From Candidatus Aminicenantes bacterium (GTDB lineage: Bacteria; Acidobacteriota; Aminicenantia; Aminicenantales; JAFGBC01): a stretch of 64,000 bases of DNA. Below the pieces are notes generated by a model. The model searched no databases. It was not told the origin of the DNA and worked only from the letters and a program-made list of their open reading frames with translations. Made by a program: the position numbers and the translations under genes. The DNA is taken from positions 3,808,001 to 3,872,000 of the forward strand of contig OY969696.1 of NCBI GenBank assembly GCA_963702005.1, in the 5' to 3' direction. The first letter of the stretch is position 1, and every line of letters begins with the position of its first letter. Shown here piece by piece: positions 17,985 through 27,202 of this stretch.

Positions 17985-19145
17985 TTAAACGACGAGCCGG
18001 GGAATCAGGGGGTTGATCCGGGCCACGATCTCGTAGGCGATCGTCCCGGCCGTCATCGCGAGCTGTTCGGCCGTGATCCGCTCCCGGCCGCTCGCCCCAA
18101 GCAGCACGACCTCGTCCTCGAGCCCAACGCCCGAAATATCCGTGACGTCGGCCGTGATGAAGTCCATGGCGACGCGGCCGCGCAGCGGCGCCCTCTGGCC
18201 GCGGATTAAAACGTGAGCCGCGTTGGACAATCCCCGATCGTAACCGTCGTAGTAGCCGACCGGGATGACGGCCAAGGTCGTTCGCCGGGTCGCCCGGAAG
18301 CTGCAGCCGTAGCCGACCGCGGCGCCCTTGGCGATCCGTTTGACCTGGGCGATCCGCGCTTTCCAGGACAGGGCGGGCTCGAGAGTCAACGGTTCCCGCT
18401 TGTCGAGGATGCAGGACAGGTAGGTCTCCTTCGAGGGCCAAAGACCGTAGAGTCCGATCCCGACCCGGACCATGTCGAAATAGGTTTCGGGGAAGAGGAT
18501 GGTCGCCGCCGTGCAGGACATGTGTTTGATCGGAACCGCGATTCCCGCCCCTTCCAGCGCGCGGACGGCCCTCTCGAAGAACGCGAGCTGCCGCTGCGGA
18601 TAGCTATGGTCCGTAGTGTCCTCGATGTTCGCGAAATGGGAGGAGAGCCCCTCCAGGACGAGCCCGGAGCGCCTTTGGATGGAACGGGCGAAAGCGGCGA
18701 GGTCGCCCCCGAGGACGCCCTGGCGGTTGGTCCCAGTTTCGACCTTGATGTGAAGGTAAGCTTTTTTCCCGAGCCGGCGGCAGGAGGCCGCCAAGCGGCC
18801 GATCGTTTCCTTGTTATAGACGGTCAAGCGGAGTCCGCGCGCGACGGCCTCCTCAAGCTCGCCGAGCGGCACGTAGCCAAGGACCAGGATGGGGGCGCGG
18901 AGGCCGACTCGTCGGAGTCCGACGCCCTCCTCGAGCGAGTTGACGCCGAGCCAGTCCGCCCCGGCCTCGAGGACGATCCGCGAGACGTCGAGGATACCGT
19001 GGCCATAAGCGTTGGCTTTGACGACGGCCAGGAGCTTGCGGCCGCGCCCGACGCGCCGCCGGAACTGAGAGACGTTGTCGGTCAGGGCTTTGCGGCTGAG
19101 TTCGATCCACTGGGCGAGCCCGACCCGCCCGCCTCCGGCCTTCAT
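17985..19145 (-). CDS. alr: Alanine racemase
   Basis: AVVKANAYGHG, HIKVETG..R.G, VRVGIGLYG, GYYDG, GRVAMD; ATGA overlap with the purA stop. Confidence 0.95.
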   Translation of the reverse strand: MKAGGGRVGLAQWIELSRKALTDNVSQFRRRVGRGRKLLAVVKANAYGHGILDVSRIVLEAGADWLGVNSLEEGVGLRRVGLRAPILVLGYVPLGELEEAVARGLRLTVYNKETIGRLAASCRRLGKKAYLHIKVETGTNRQGVLGGDLAAFARSIQRRSGLVLEGLSSHFANIEDTTDHSYPQRQLAFFERAVRALEGAGIAVPIKHMSCTAATILFPETYFDMVRVGIGLYGLWPSKETYLSCILDKREPLTLEPALSWKARIAQVKRIAKGAAVGYGCSFRATRRTTLAVIPVGYYDGYDRGLSNAAHVLIRGQRAPLRGRVAMDFITADVTDISGVGLEDEVVLLGASGRERITAEQLAMTAGTIAYEIVARINPLIPRLVV

Positions 19146-20473
19146 CGACTGATCCCGGCCTTGATTCGGTCGAGCCGAACGCCGGCCGGCCACAGTTTGT
19201 CGAGGAGGATCGTGTCCTCCCGCTCGACGCCCGTCGAGACCAGGGCGATTTTGGCCTCGACCAGGTCTTCGATCGTCCGGATATAATCCTTGAAGGCGGC
19301 CGGAAGCTTGGCATAGTCCCGCGCCTTGTGGACGGAATTCCGCCAGCCCGGAAGCGTCCGGTATTCGGGGACCGCCTTCTCCAAGATCCAGAGCTCGGCC
19401 GGGAAACCCGGCAGGCGGCCGCCCTTGTAGCGGTAGCCCGTGCAGACCCGGATTTCATCCAACTCCTCGAGGACGTCGGGCTTGGTCAAGGCCAGGCGAT
19501 CGATCCCGTTGACGCGGCAGGCGTAGGCGACGGCGACGGCGTCGAACCAGCCGCAGCGCCGGGGCCGTCCTGTCGTCGCCCCAAACTCGTCGCCGCGGGC
19601 GGCGATCCGCTTCCCGACATCGTCGTTGAGCTCGGTCGGGAACGGGCCGCTTCCGACTCGCGTCGTATAGGCCTTGACGACGCCGAGCGCGAACTGGATC
19701 TCGCGCGGGCCGATCCCGAGCCCGGTCGAAACGCCGCCGGCCGAAGCGCTCGACGAGGTCACGTAAGGATACGTTCCATGGTCGATGTCGAGAAGGACGC
19801 CCTGGGCGCCCTCGAATAGGACGGCCTTCCCCGCCTTGATCTCGCGGGCGAGGAGGAGCGAAGTGTCTTTGATGAACGGCTCCATCTCGCGGGCATATCC
19901 GGCGTATTCCTTGAAGACGTCCTCGGCGTCGAGGGGCGCGGCGCCGTGGAATCCGAAGAATTCGTTGGCGAGCCCGACGTTCTCCCGGATCTTGGCCCGG
20001 AGGACGTCGAGGTCGAGCAGGTCGCCGGCTCGGATGCCGCGCCGCGCGGCCTTGTCCTCGTAGGCGGGCCCGATTCCCTGGCAGGTCGTCCCGATCTTCT
20101 GCTCGCCCCGCCGCTCCTCGTCGATCCTCTCCCGGAGGGGGTGGTAGGGCATGATGAGGTGGGCCCGGCGGCTGATGGCCAGGTTGGTCTCGTCGATGCG
20201 GATGTCACGGGCGGCCAGGTCGGCCCTCTCCTTGAGGAAAGCCCGGGGCGAGACGACCAGCCCGTTCCCGATGACGCAGAGCGTCCCGGGCCGGAGGATC
20301 CCCGAGGGGATGAGGTGGAGGACGACCTTGCGGCCGCCGACGTAGACCGTGTGGCCCGCGTTGTGGCCGCCCTGGTAACGGGCGACGATATCGAAGGCGG
20401 GCGTCAGGAGGTCGACGACCTTGCCCTTGCCTTCGTCACCCCACTGGGTGCCGACGACCAGAACGTTTGCCAT
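19142..20473 (-). CDS. purA: Adenylosuccinate synthetase
   Basis: GTQWGDEGKGK, GGHNAGHT, EGAQG.LLDIDHGTYPYVTSS, GATTGRPRRCGW. Confidence 0.97.
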   Translation of the reverse strand: MANVLVVGTQWGDEGKGKVVDLLTPAFDIVARYQGGHNAGHTVYVGGRKVVLHLIPSGILRPGTLCVIGNGLVVSPRAFLKERADLAARDIRIDETNLAISRRAHLIMPYHPLRERIDEERRGEQKIGTTCQGIGPAYEDKAARRGIRAGDLLDLDVLRAKIRENVGLANEFFGFHGAAPLDAEDVFKEYAGYAREMEPFIKDTSLLLAREIKAGKAVLFEGAQGVLLDIDHGTYPYVTSSSASAGGVSTGLGIGPREIQFALGVVKAYTTRVGSGPFPTELNDDVGKRIAARGDEFGATTGRPRRCGWFDAVAVAYACRVNGIDRLALTKPDVLEELDEIRVCTGYRYKGGRLPGFPAELWILEKAVPEYRTLPGWRNSVHKARDYAKLPAAFKDYIRTIEDLVEAKIALVSTGVEREDTILLDKLWPAGVRLDRIKAGISR

Positions 20474-20631
20474 GCCTATCCTCTCGATGGTTTATCTTGG
20501 GCGGGTGGACCGCGGAGGAGTTTACCAGAAGTCGCCTCTCAGCACAAGACTCCCGCCCTGAAAGGTAAGTATCTTTCAAAACCCTCTTCAGGAAATCACC
20601 CAATTTGAGATGCTTCCCCCGGAATTCCGTT

Positions 20632-23583
20632 TCAATAAGCCCAAAGCTCGACCGGGCCGAGCAGGCCGGACGGCAGAAGCGCGTCCCCCGGCTTGAACGG
20701 ATTCCAGGTGGTCCAAGCTATTCGCTTTTCGGGCGGAAGCCCGGCGTCGCCGATGAGGCGGTTGCACCACAAGTTAGCGATTTCGATTTCGAGCTCGTTG
20801 CCTTGCGCCTTCAGCAGTCCGGCCGGCACTTCCACCCGCCACGGCGCGCACCATACCACGCCCAGGTCGCGTCCGTTGAGCTTCACGCGGGCAAGGTCGT
20901 GGACGGCGCCGAGACCGAGAAAGAGGCGGCCGCCGTTGGGCGATCCCGGGCCAACGAACGTCTTTCGATACACCGCCTTGCCGCTGTAGTACCGTATCTT
21001 CTCATCCGGATGGCCCGACCAATCTTCCAATTTTCCGAACGCCACGGCGCCGGCCGGCCCGCCGCGCGCCGGGTCGAACCGCACCTCCCATGGCCCCGTC
21101 AGTTCCAAAATCATCTTCGCCGGCGGCTCCTCTTTTTTCTCCTGGATCCGGTATCCGGCGACCGGCGTCTTCTCCCGGAACACCACGAACAGGCTGCCGT
21201 ACTCCGCGAAGTCGAGCGGCACCAGGGTTCGCCCGTTGTCCGCGCGCCAGCCGGAGGCCGGACGGGTATCGCCCGACAAAGGATCCCAGAACTCGGGAAT
21301 TTTCCCGCTCAGGCGGAAAGCGCCGACCGTGGAACGGGGCGAGTCCGTCTTGTTGGCGATATAATAGATGTCGCTATCGCCGTCCACTCGATGGGTGTAG
21401 CGCAGGCCGCCGTCCTCGGCCTCGAAATCGCGCGGGAGGCCCATGCTCAGCAGCAGGCGCGCGACCGGCTCATAGCCGGGATAGAGGTCGGACGGAGCCG
21501 GCGAGAACTCCCCGCCCCAGAGGACGAGCCCCTTGCCCGCCGCGCGTTTCGTGACGGTCGCGGGCGGCTCCTCGGTCCGGCCCCAGATTTCCCGGGCCAG
21601 CGATTGCACCTCATCGTCGCAGCGGGGATAGCCCGACAGGCTGGGCGACTTGCGCGGCGGCGTTCCGATCACGACGGCGCCCGCCTCGACCAGTTGCCGG
21701 ACCTTGCGCAGAAGCGTTGGCGTTATCGTGTCGAACGCCGGCAACACGAGCAGGCGATAGCTCGCGCCGTCCGGCGTAACCACCCGCCCATCCTTCACGC
21801 TCATACGCTCGAGCAGGGTCCCCGGGGCGCAGCCGTCGAAGTTGTACCCCCGGCGGTCGGGCATGAGCGGCTCGCCCTCCAGCGCCGATCGCGGCGGACG
21901 GAACACGTGCGGAGCGCCCTCGGGGGCGAGGTAGCAGATGTCGGCGACGGTGCGCCCCTTCTGCAGAAGGTACTGGCAACGGGCGAGGTAGGAATGGAAG
22001 GCGGGCGCCATGTCCCACCACGTCTGGGTGCGCTCCCAGTGCACGCCGTAGGGCCCCATGGTCATTCCGGGGAACCGATCCAGCCAAGGCTGGTGCGCCC
22101 AGCGGTGGAAGACGATCCGGTTGATGCCCATGCACAAGGCCCAGTCGGCCTGCGGCTTCATCGCGCCGGGGTAAAGCTGCCAACGTTCATCGGAGCCGGA
22201 GGTGAAAGCCTCCGCCGCCACCACCGGCCGCCCCCGGGTGTGGGCGATGGAAGCCGCCTCGATGCAGCTGTAGGCGGTGTCGAAGCCGAAGCCGTTCGCC
22301 CAGAACTCGCCCATCGGCACGTCCGCGACACCCCCCAATTCCAGGTCCGCGCAGGGATTCATGTCGTAGGGCTCGATCGAAAGGCCGAAGCCGTGGCGCC
22401 TCCCGAGCTCACGCAGGCGGCGCGCATGGTTCTCGATGATCAGCTCCTGGGACGTCTGCCGCAAGTCCCATAGAAACCTTTCCGTGATTTCACGACTCTC
22501 CACCAGCCGGCCCGTCACGGCCGGCAGGTAGCGGAGCGGGTCGTAGCCGCGGCGGCGCCTGAATTCCTCGCGGAAAGCGGCGGACCAGTTTTGCGCGCTC
22601 ATCTCCCAGCTGTCGATGTGCAGCATCGTCCAGCCGGCTTGGGAGGGAATCTTGCGCGGCCCGAGCGTCTTCAGCAGGGACCCCACGAAGGCCTCGAAGT
22701 GGGCGTCGAGGGCGGATCTGTCGAACTTGTCGCACTCCAGCCCGAGACCGGGCAACGGGGCCGGCCGCGTGTTGGCGCCCGTGCTGGTGCGGCAGAAACG
22801 GAGGATCGTCCACTTCCCCGCGGGCACATCCCAGACGAGACGTCCGTCGGGCCGTAATTTATCGGTCAAGTCCACGATCCGCCCGACAGCCACGGCCGAT
22901 CCCGACGGCGCCGCCGGGTACTCCGCCGGGGCGGGCAGAAACGGCTTCACCCCCGCGAGGGAGGAATAGGGATCCCGCTTATAGAAGGCCTTCTCGTCGA
23001 TATCGGCGATCCGCTCCGCGCCCGCCGGGGTCGGGAAGGCCAGAACGGCGACGTCGCGATAGAATTCCTTACGCGAGGTCTCGAGTTCCGGCGGCAGAGT
23101 CGAACCGAAGTAGGGAGGGCGCGGCTCGGGCCGGGGCAGGACGGCGTCGAAACGTTTCGGGCCCTCCGTTTCGATCTCGCCGGCGACGATGTGCTGCATG
23201 GACTGTTCGGGCTTGACCCACGGCCCGCCGCTGCCGGTCCAGCCCGGCCCGGCGTTCAGCACGATCTCGAGTCCCAGTCGTTCCGCTTCCCGGACGGCGT
23301 GCGCGAACCGTTCGCGCCATTCCGGGCTCATGAACTTCACCGGCCCCTTGGGGATACCCACGTCGACTTCCATCAGCGTGAACCCGCCGAGTCCGGCGGC
23401 CTTCATGGCCTCGAGGTCGGCGGTCATCCCCTCCCGGCCCAGGTTGCCGTCCATGATCATCATGTAAGCCCACGGCTTCGCGGAGTCGGGCGGCCGGCGG
23501 AAGCCGTCCTTGAGGTCGTCCGACCAAATTCCGATGGAGGCGAACGCGAGCAGAATCGGCAGGGAAGCAAGACGCTTGGGCAT
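20632..23583 (-). CDS. GH106 alpha-L-rhamnosidase-like glycoside hydrolase, copy 1
   Basis: F..PPDSAKPW, ADLEAMK..G.GG, GWTGSGGPW, LECDK, HIDSWE, PMGEFW, AAEAFT, GINRIVFH, NLWCNRLIGD, SGLLGPV. Confidence 0.85.
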   Translation of the reverse strand: MPKRLASLPILLAFASIGIWSDDLKDGFRRPPDSAKPWAYMMIMDGNLGREGMTADLEAMKAAGLGGFTLMEVDVGIPKGPVKFMSPEWRERFAHAVREAERLGLEIVLNAGPGWTGSGGPWVKPEQSMQHIVAGEIETEGPKRFDAVLPRPEPRPPYFGSTLPPELETSRKEFYRDVAVLAFPTPAGAERIADIDEKAFYKRDPYSSLAGVKPFLPAPAEYPAAPSGSAVAVGRIVDLTDKLRPDGRLVWDVPAGKWTILRFCRTSTGANTRPAPLPGLGLECDKFDRSALDAHFEAFVGSLLKTLGPRKIPSQAGWTMLHIDSWEMSAQNWSAAFREEFRRRRGYDPLRYLPAVTGRLVESREITERFLWDLRQTSQELIIENHARRLRELGRRHGFGLSIEPYDMNPCADLELGGVADVPMGEFWANGFGFDTAYSCIEAASIAHTRGRPVVAAEAFTSGSDERWQLYPGAMKPQADWALCMGINRIVFHRWAHQPWLDRFPGMTMGPYGVHWERTQTWWDMAPAFHSYLARCQYLLQKGRTVADICYLAPEGAPHVFRPPRSALEGEPLMPDRRGYNFDGCAPGTLLERMSVKDGRVVTPDGASYRLLVLPAFDTITPTLLRKVRQLVEAGAVVIGTPPRKSPSLSGYPRCDDEVQSLAREIWGRTEEPPATVTKRAAGKGLVLWGGEFSPAPSDLYPGYEPVARLLLSMGLPRDFEAEDGGLRYTHRVDGDSDIYYIANKTDSPRSTVGAFRLSGKIPEFWDPLSGDTRPASGWRADNGRTLVPLDFAEYGSLFVVFREKTPVAGYRIQEKKEEPPAKMILELTGPWEVRFDPARGGPAGAVAFGKLEDWSGHPDEKIRYYSGKAVYRKTFVGPGSPNGGRLFLGLGAVHDLARVKLNGRDLGVVWCAPWRVEVPAGLLKAQGNELEIEIANLWCNRLIGDAGLPPEKRIAWTTWNPFKPGDALLPSGLLGPVELWAY

Positions 23584-23594
23584 GGTCCCGCTTG

Positions 23595-24635
23595 TCAAAA
23601 CTTGAAGGCGATCTGGGCGGTCAGCAGGTCATCGCTCCGCGCCGGGCCGGCCTCGCGGTTGAAGTCGTACTCGACCTTGAAGATCAGGTAGGGGAGCGGC
23701 GCGTAGAGGACCTCGAGCGCCCAGCGGTTCCTGTTCTCGTCGATTCCCAGCCCGGCCACGTCGGGCGCCAGGAAACCGGCGCCGTGGAAGCGGTCCTTAT
23801 ACTTGATCCCCTGGCGGCTCAATACGAACGATACCGGGTCGAAGGGGAAAAAGAGCTGGACGTGATACCCCTGGCATTTGCCCCGGCCGTAGGGCGAGGG
23901 GTTATCCAGCCAGGCCTGGATGTACTCGGCCAGGATCTGGAAGTTGGAGGTCTTCCAGCTCGCGTCCGCGGCTTGGAGGATGAGCTTACGGCGATTCCGG
24001 TCGTCGACCTTCCCCCTGTATAAAGAATAGCCGAGCTCGATCGTATCGATATGGACGCCGGCCCGCCCGCCGAAGCCCTTGTCGGCGTTCCGGTCCCGGA
24101 ACTGCTGGCCGTCCTTGAGGCGGGCCCCCTCCCCGAGCCCGTTTCCGGCGTAGACGGCATAGTCCAGGAAATCGATCCGGCCCTCCGCGCAGAGTCCGAT
24201 CTCCCGCCAGCTCGCCGGGTAGGCCTCCTCGACGATCAGCGGGACGCGGGCCAGGGCCTGCTCGTAGGGACGGTTGGACGTGTTGTAGATCCCGAAGGGG
24301 ACGAGGAACAGCCCGGCCCTGATCCGGACCGCCCGCGAGAAATTGAAGCGGAGGAAGGCCTGCTCCAGCGAGAACGCGCCCTCGCTCCGGAAACGGGACT
24401 CGAGCGTGTAATCCCACCCCCCCTCGAACTGGCCGGAGAAGGTAAGCCCGGCCTGGAGGTTTTGGGCGCTCCCCTGATGGTAGGAGCTCAGGCGCTGGCC
24501 TTTAAGGAAGTCGAAAGAGCAATACCCGGACGTCTGGAGGGCGGTCTCTTTCTTCTGATCCTGCTCCGTCTGCGCCGAGAGCAGGAAGCTGATCCAGCCG
24601 AAGAGAAGCAAGGTCAGGACTGCGATGCGTTTCAT
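23595..24635 (-). CDS. Putative outer-membrane porin (OprO/P-like beta-barrel)
   Basis: Signal peptide; LEQAF, IRAG.FLVPFG, beta-strand pattern, terminal Phe. Confidence 0.7.
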   Translation of the reverse strand: MKRIAVLTLLLFGWISFLLSAQTEQDQKKETALQTSGYCSFDFLKGQRLSSYHQGSAQNLQAGLTFSGQFEGGWDYTLESRFRSEGAFSLEQAFLRFNFSRAVRIRAGLFLVPFGIYNTSNRPYEQALARVPLIVEEAYPASWREIGLCAEGRIDFLDYAVYAGNGLGEGARLKDGQQFRDRNADKGFGGRAGVHIDTIELGYSLYRGKVDDRNRRKLILQAADASWKTSNFQILAEYIQAWLDNPSPYGRGKCQGYHVQLFFPFDPVSFVLSRQGIKYKDRFHGAGFLAPDVAGLGIDENRNRWALEVLYAPLPYLIFKVEYDFNREAGPARSDDLLTAQIAFKF

Positions 24636-24648
24636 GGACAGGGCCCTT

Positions 24649-25851
24649 TCACAGCAGCGAAAAATCGAAGGCGTCGTCGAGGAGGGCTTCGCGCCAGGCC
24701 CCGACGTTCTGGGCCAAGGAGACGGCCCGGCTGATCTCCATGACGCCCTTCTTGGTGCCCATCCAGATGGCGCCGGCCAGGACGCCGTCCTTGAGGACGA
24801 TTTTCTTGTAAAGTCCCTTCTCCTTGTCCTCGCGCCGGAGCTCCTCGAAGCCGGGGCCCTCGGGAAGGGCCGTCCCGACCGAGGTCAGATAAAGCCCGAC
24901 GACCTTGAGCGTGTTGGAAACGACGCTCCCCTCGTAGGGCTTTGTTTCGCCCAGGATGTTGTAAGCCGCGGCCCGAGCCTGGTCGAAAGCGGCCGGGATG
25001 ATGCCGTAGAGGCGGCCCCGGTGCTGGGCGACATCGCCGGCGGCGTAGACGTCGGATTTGGAGGCCGCCAGGAAGTCGTCGACGACGACCCCGCGCTCGA
25101 CCGCCAGGCCGGCGGCCCGAGCCATGTCGAGGTTGGGCTTGACGCCGGCCGCGACGATGACCATGTCGGCCAGTATCTCCTCGCCGCCCTTGAGTCGTAG
25201 GCCGTGCGCCTCCCCCTCGCCCAGGATTTCCTCGGTCGCGACTTGGATGCGGACCGCAATCCCCAGCCGTTCGATCTGGGTCTTGAGGAGGGCGGCGCCG
25301 GCCGGGTCGAGCTGACGGGGCAAAAGCCGGTCTAAGAATTCGACGACCGTCGCCTGAGCGCCGCGCGCGGTCAGGGCTCGGGCGATCTCGAGCCCCAGGA
25401 CGCCGCCGCCGATGAGGGCGACCCGGGGATGCCCTTTTAAATAATCGAGAATGGCCAGGGCGTCGTCGAGCGACTTAAGCGTGAAGACGCCCTTCTTATC
25501 CGCGCCGCGGATGGGCGGGACCAAGGACGAGGAGCCGTTGGCGAGGAGAAGGGCATCATAGCGCTCGCGCCCGCCGCCCGCGGTCCGGACCTCCCGCGTC
25601 TCGGGCAGGATCTTTTCGACGGCCCGTCCGAGCCGGACATCGATCCGGCTCTTCTCGTTCCAGCGGTCGGGGAAGGCATAGACGCGCTCCAGGGGAAGGT
25701 TCCCGGCCAAGAATTCGATCAGGTTCGGTCTCGGGTAGTAATGATACTTTTCGGCCGCGAACTCGACGATCTCGACCTCGGCGTCGAGCTCGCGAAGCGT
25801 CTTGGCGGCCATGGTGCCGGCCAGACCGTTGCCGACGATGACGACTCTCAT
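24649..25851 (-). CDS. FAD-dependent NAD(P)H oxidoreductase, probably NADH:rubredoxin oxidoreductase
   Basis: IVGNGLAG, IGGGVLGLE, VYAAGDVA; directly downstream of rubredoxin; start moved to the ATG at 25851. Confidence 0.85.
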   Translation of the reverse strand: MRVVIVGNGLAGTMAAKTLRELDAEVEIVEFAAEKYHYYPRPNLIEFLAGNLPLERVYAFPDRWNEKSRIDVRLGRAVEKILPETREVRTAGGGRERYDALLLANGSSSLVPPIRGADKKGVFTLKSLDDALAILDYLKGHPRVALIGGGVLGLEIARALTARGAQATVVEFLDRLLPRQLDPAGAALLKTQIERLGIAVRIQVATEEILGEGEAHGLRLKGGEEILADMVIVAAGVKPNLDMARAAGLAVERGVVVDDFLAASKSDVYAAGDVAQHRGRLYGIIPAAFDQARAAAYNILGETKPYEGSVVSNTLKVVGLYLTSVGTALPEGPGFEELRREDKEKGLYKKIVLKDGVLAGAIWMGTKKGVMEISRAVSLAQNVGAWREALLDDAFDFSLL

Positions 25852-25882
25852 GATCGGGAGGGGCGCGCCGAAGGTACCGGGC

Positions 25883-26044
25883 TCAAGCGACCTTCTGGAA
25901 GAGGTCTTTGGCGACGCCGCACTGGGGGCAGACCCAGGTGTCGGGAAGGGCTTCAAACGGGGTCCCGGGCGGGACGCCGTTGTCGGGGTCGCCGACCGCC
26001 GGGTCGTAGATGTATCCGCAGGCCGTACATTCCCACTTCTCCAT
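25883..26044 (-). CDS. rub: Rubredoxin (53 aa)
   Basis: Below the ORF-track cut-off. Manual translation [53 protein letters not shown]; AAGGAGG RBS. Confidence 0.97.
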   Translation of the reverse strand: MEKWECTACGYIYDPAVGDPDNGVPPGTPFEALPDTWVCPQCGVAKDLFQKVA

Positions 26045-26086
26045 CTATCCTCCTTGATCCTCTATCGGCCGAGAGGCGTCCCGGAC

Positions 26087-26548
26087 TCAACCTTCGGTCA
26101 AGACGAACCGCTCATACTCGATCTCGAGCTTGCGCTTGTGCCCTTTCTCCTGCTCGCGCAGAAATTCGAAAAGCCGCTTGAGGTCAGCGTCCCCGGACCG
26201 GGCGGCCAGGGCGTCGTAAAGGGCGGCTGTCGCGCCCTCCTTTTTTGCGGCGAAAATGAGGACATCCTGGAAGGACATCCTTTCGTCGAGCGGCTCGGCC
26301 ATGAGGGCGTCGCTGAGCTTGATGTCCTCGACAGCGACCATATCCAGGGCGGGGACGTTCCGCGGATCGAGACCCTCCAGGAGCTCCTTGTGACGCTTCT
26401 CCTCGGTCTGGAGGTCCAGGAGCGTCTTGGTCAGGCCGGGGCTCTTGGCGATCGAGGCCAGCCGGCCGTACTCGCGGAAGGAGGCCTCCTCGCGGCCGAC
26501 GGCATAGGCGATCACGTCCCGGGGCGTCGAAAATTTGGGGTCTGACAT
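26087..26548 (-). CDS. Ferritin-like/rubrerythrin family protein
   Basis: AVGREE, EEKRH, AAKKE..Y, QEKGHK di-iron motifs. Confidence 0.85.
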   Translation of the reverse strand: MSDPKFSTPRDVIAYAVGREEASFREYGRLASIAKSPGLTKTLLDLQTEEKRHKELLEGLDPRNVPALDMVAVEDIKLSDALMAEPLDERMSFQDVLIFAAKKEGATAALYDALAARSGDADLKRLFEFLREQEKGHKRKLEIEYERFVLTEG

Positions 26549-26560
26549 CTTGCGTCTATG

Positions 26561-26588
26561 ATTATATCCAATCCCGACTCTCTGTCAA
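26561..26588 (-). promoter_or_regulatory. Sigma70-type promoter of the ferritin-like/rubredoxin operon
   Basis: Minus strand TTGACA-16 bp-TATAAT, ending 12 bp upstream of the ATG. Confidence 0.65.
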
Positions 26589-26683
26589 AGAATTCTGGGG
26601 ACAAGAATTCTGGGGACACACGACTTAATTCGACGCTTCAGTATATTGGGGATGATCGAATTAAGTCGTGTGTCCCCAGAATT
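26589..26683. repeat. REP-like palindrome, GGGGACAC family, with a 15-bp tandem duplication of its left end
   Basis: AGAATTCTGGGGACA twice (26589-26618); arms 26605-26633 and 26656-26683 around a 22-nt spacer. Confidence 0.9.
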
Positions 26684-26811
26684 ACTTCTACGCGGGCAGT
26701 GCTTGAAGAAGACGGATATTTCCCTCCAACCCTCCGCGACACAGATCGCCTTCCCGTCGCGATTGTCCCTTTACCTTCTATAGGGAATTTTAGGCACGAG
26801 CAGCGTCGGAT

Positions 26812-27134
26812 GTCAACCCCTCGACACTCATGAAATCCATGAGTGCAGGCGTTTCGCAGTACCCATACTAAGCGGGAAACGGTTTAGTATGGGTGCTGCA
26901 AGGCTGCTCCCCGGCCTGGAGCTCCGTGAGTGCTGAATGCCGAGGCTTATTCGGGGCTGAAGCTCCACAGACTTTCACGTGGAGCTTCTGCCCTGAGCCC
27001 ACTCAGCCCCATTCCTTCTAAAAGGGCTGAGTACAAAAGTGTCGCTTCTCGTCCCCGCCTTTCAGGGCGGCACACACGAACCGTTCCCGGTTCGTGAGTA
27101 CTGCAAGGCTGGGTAGCGTCGGCTAACGGGTCAA
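26812..27134 (-). mobile_element. IS200/IS605-like mini-element, copy C, expanded by five insertions
   Basis: All backbone blocks of copy A occur in order, interrupted at about 26825-26906, 26916-26933, 26961-26990, 26999-27039 and 27071-27111. Confidence 0.72.
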
Positions 27135-27202
27135 GCCGCCGTCCCATATTTTCAGGGACTCATGAATCGGCGAAGAGGAGATGTGCCGGATTTAGGGGGA
27201 GG

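Noticed and set aside
20551-20565. CCCGCCCTGAAAGG match to the mini-element hairpin upstream of purA
   Set aside because: Only 14 nt, without the second arm or terminal motifs; chance or an unprovable relic.
26589-27134. Possible CRISPR array
   Set aside because: No regularly spaced identical direct repeats with unique spacers, and no cas genes.
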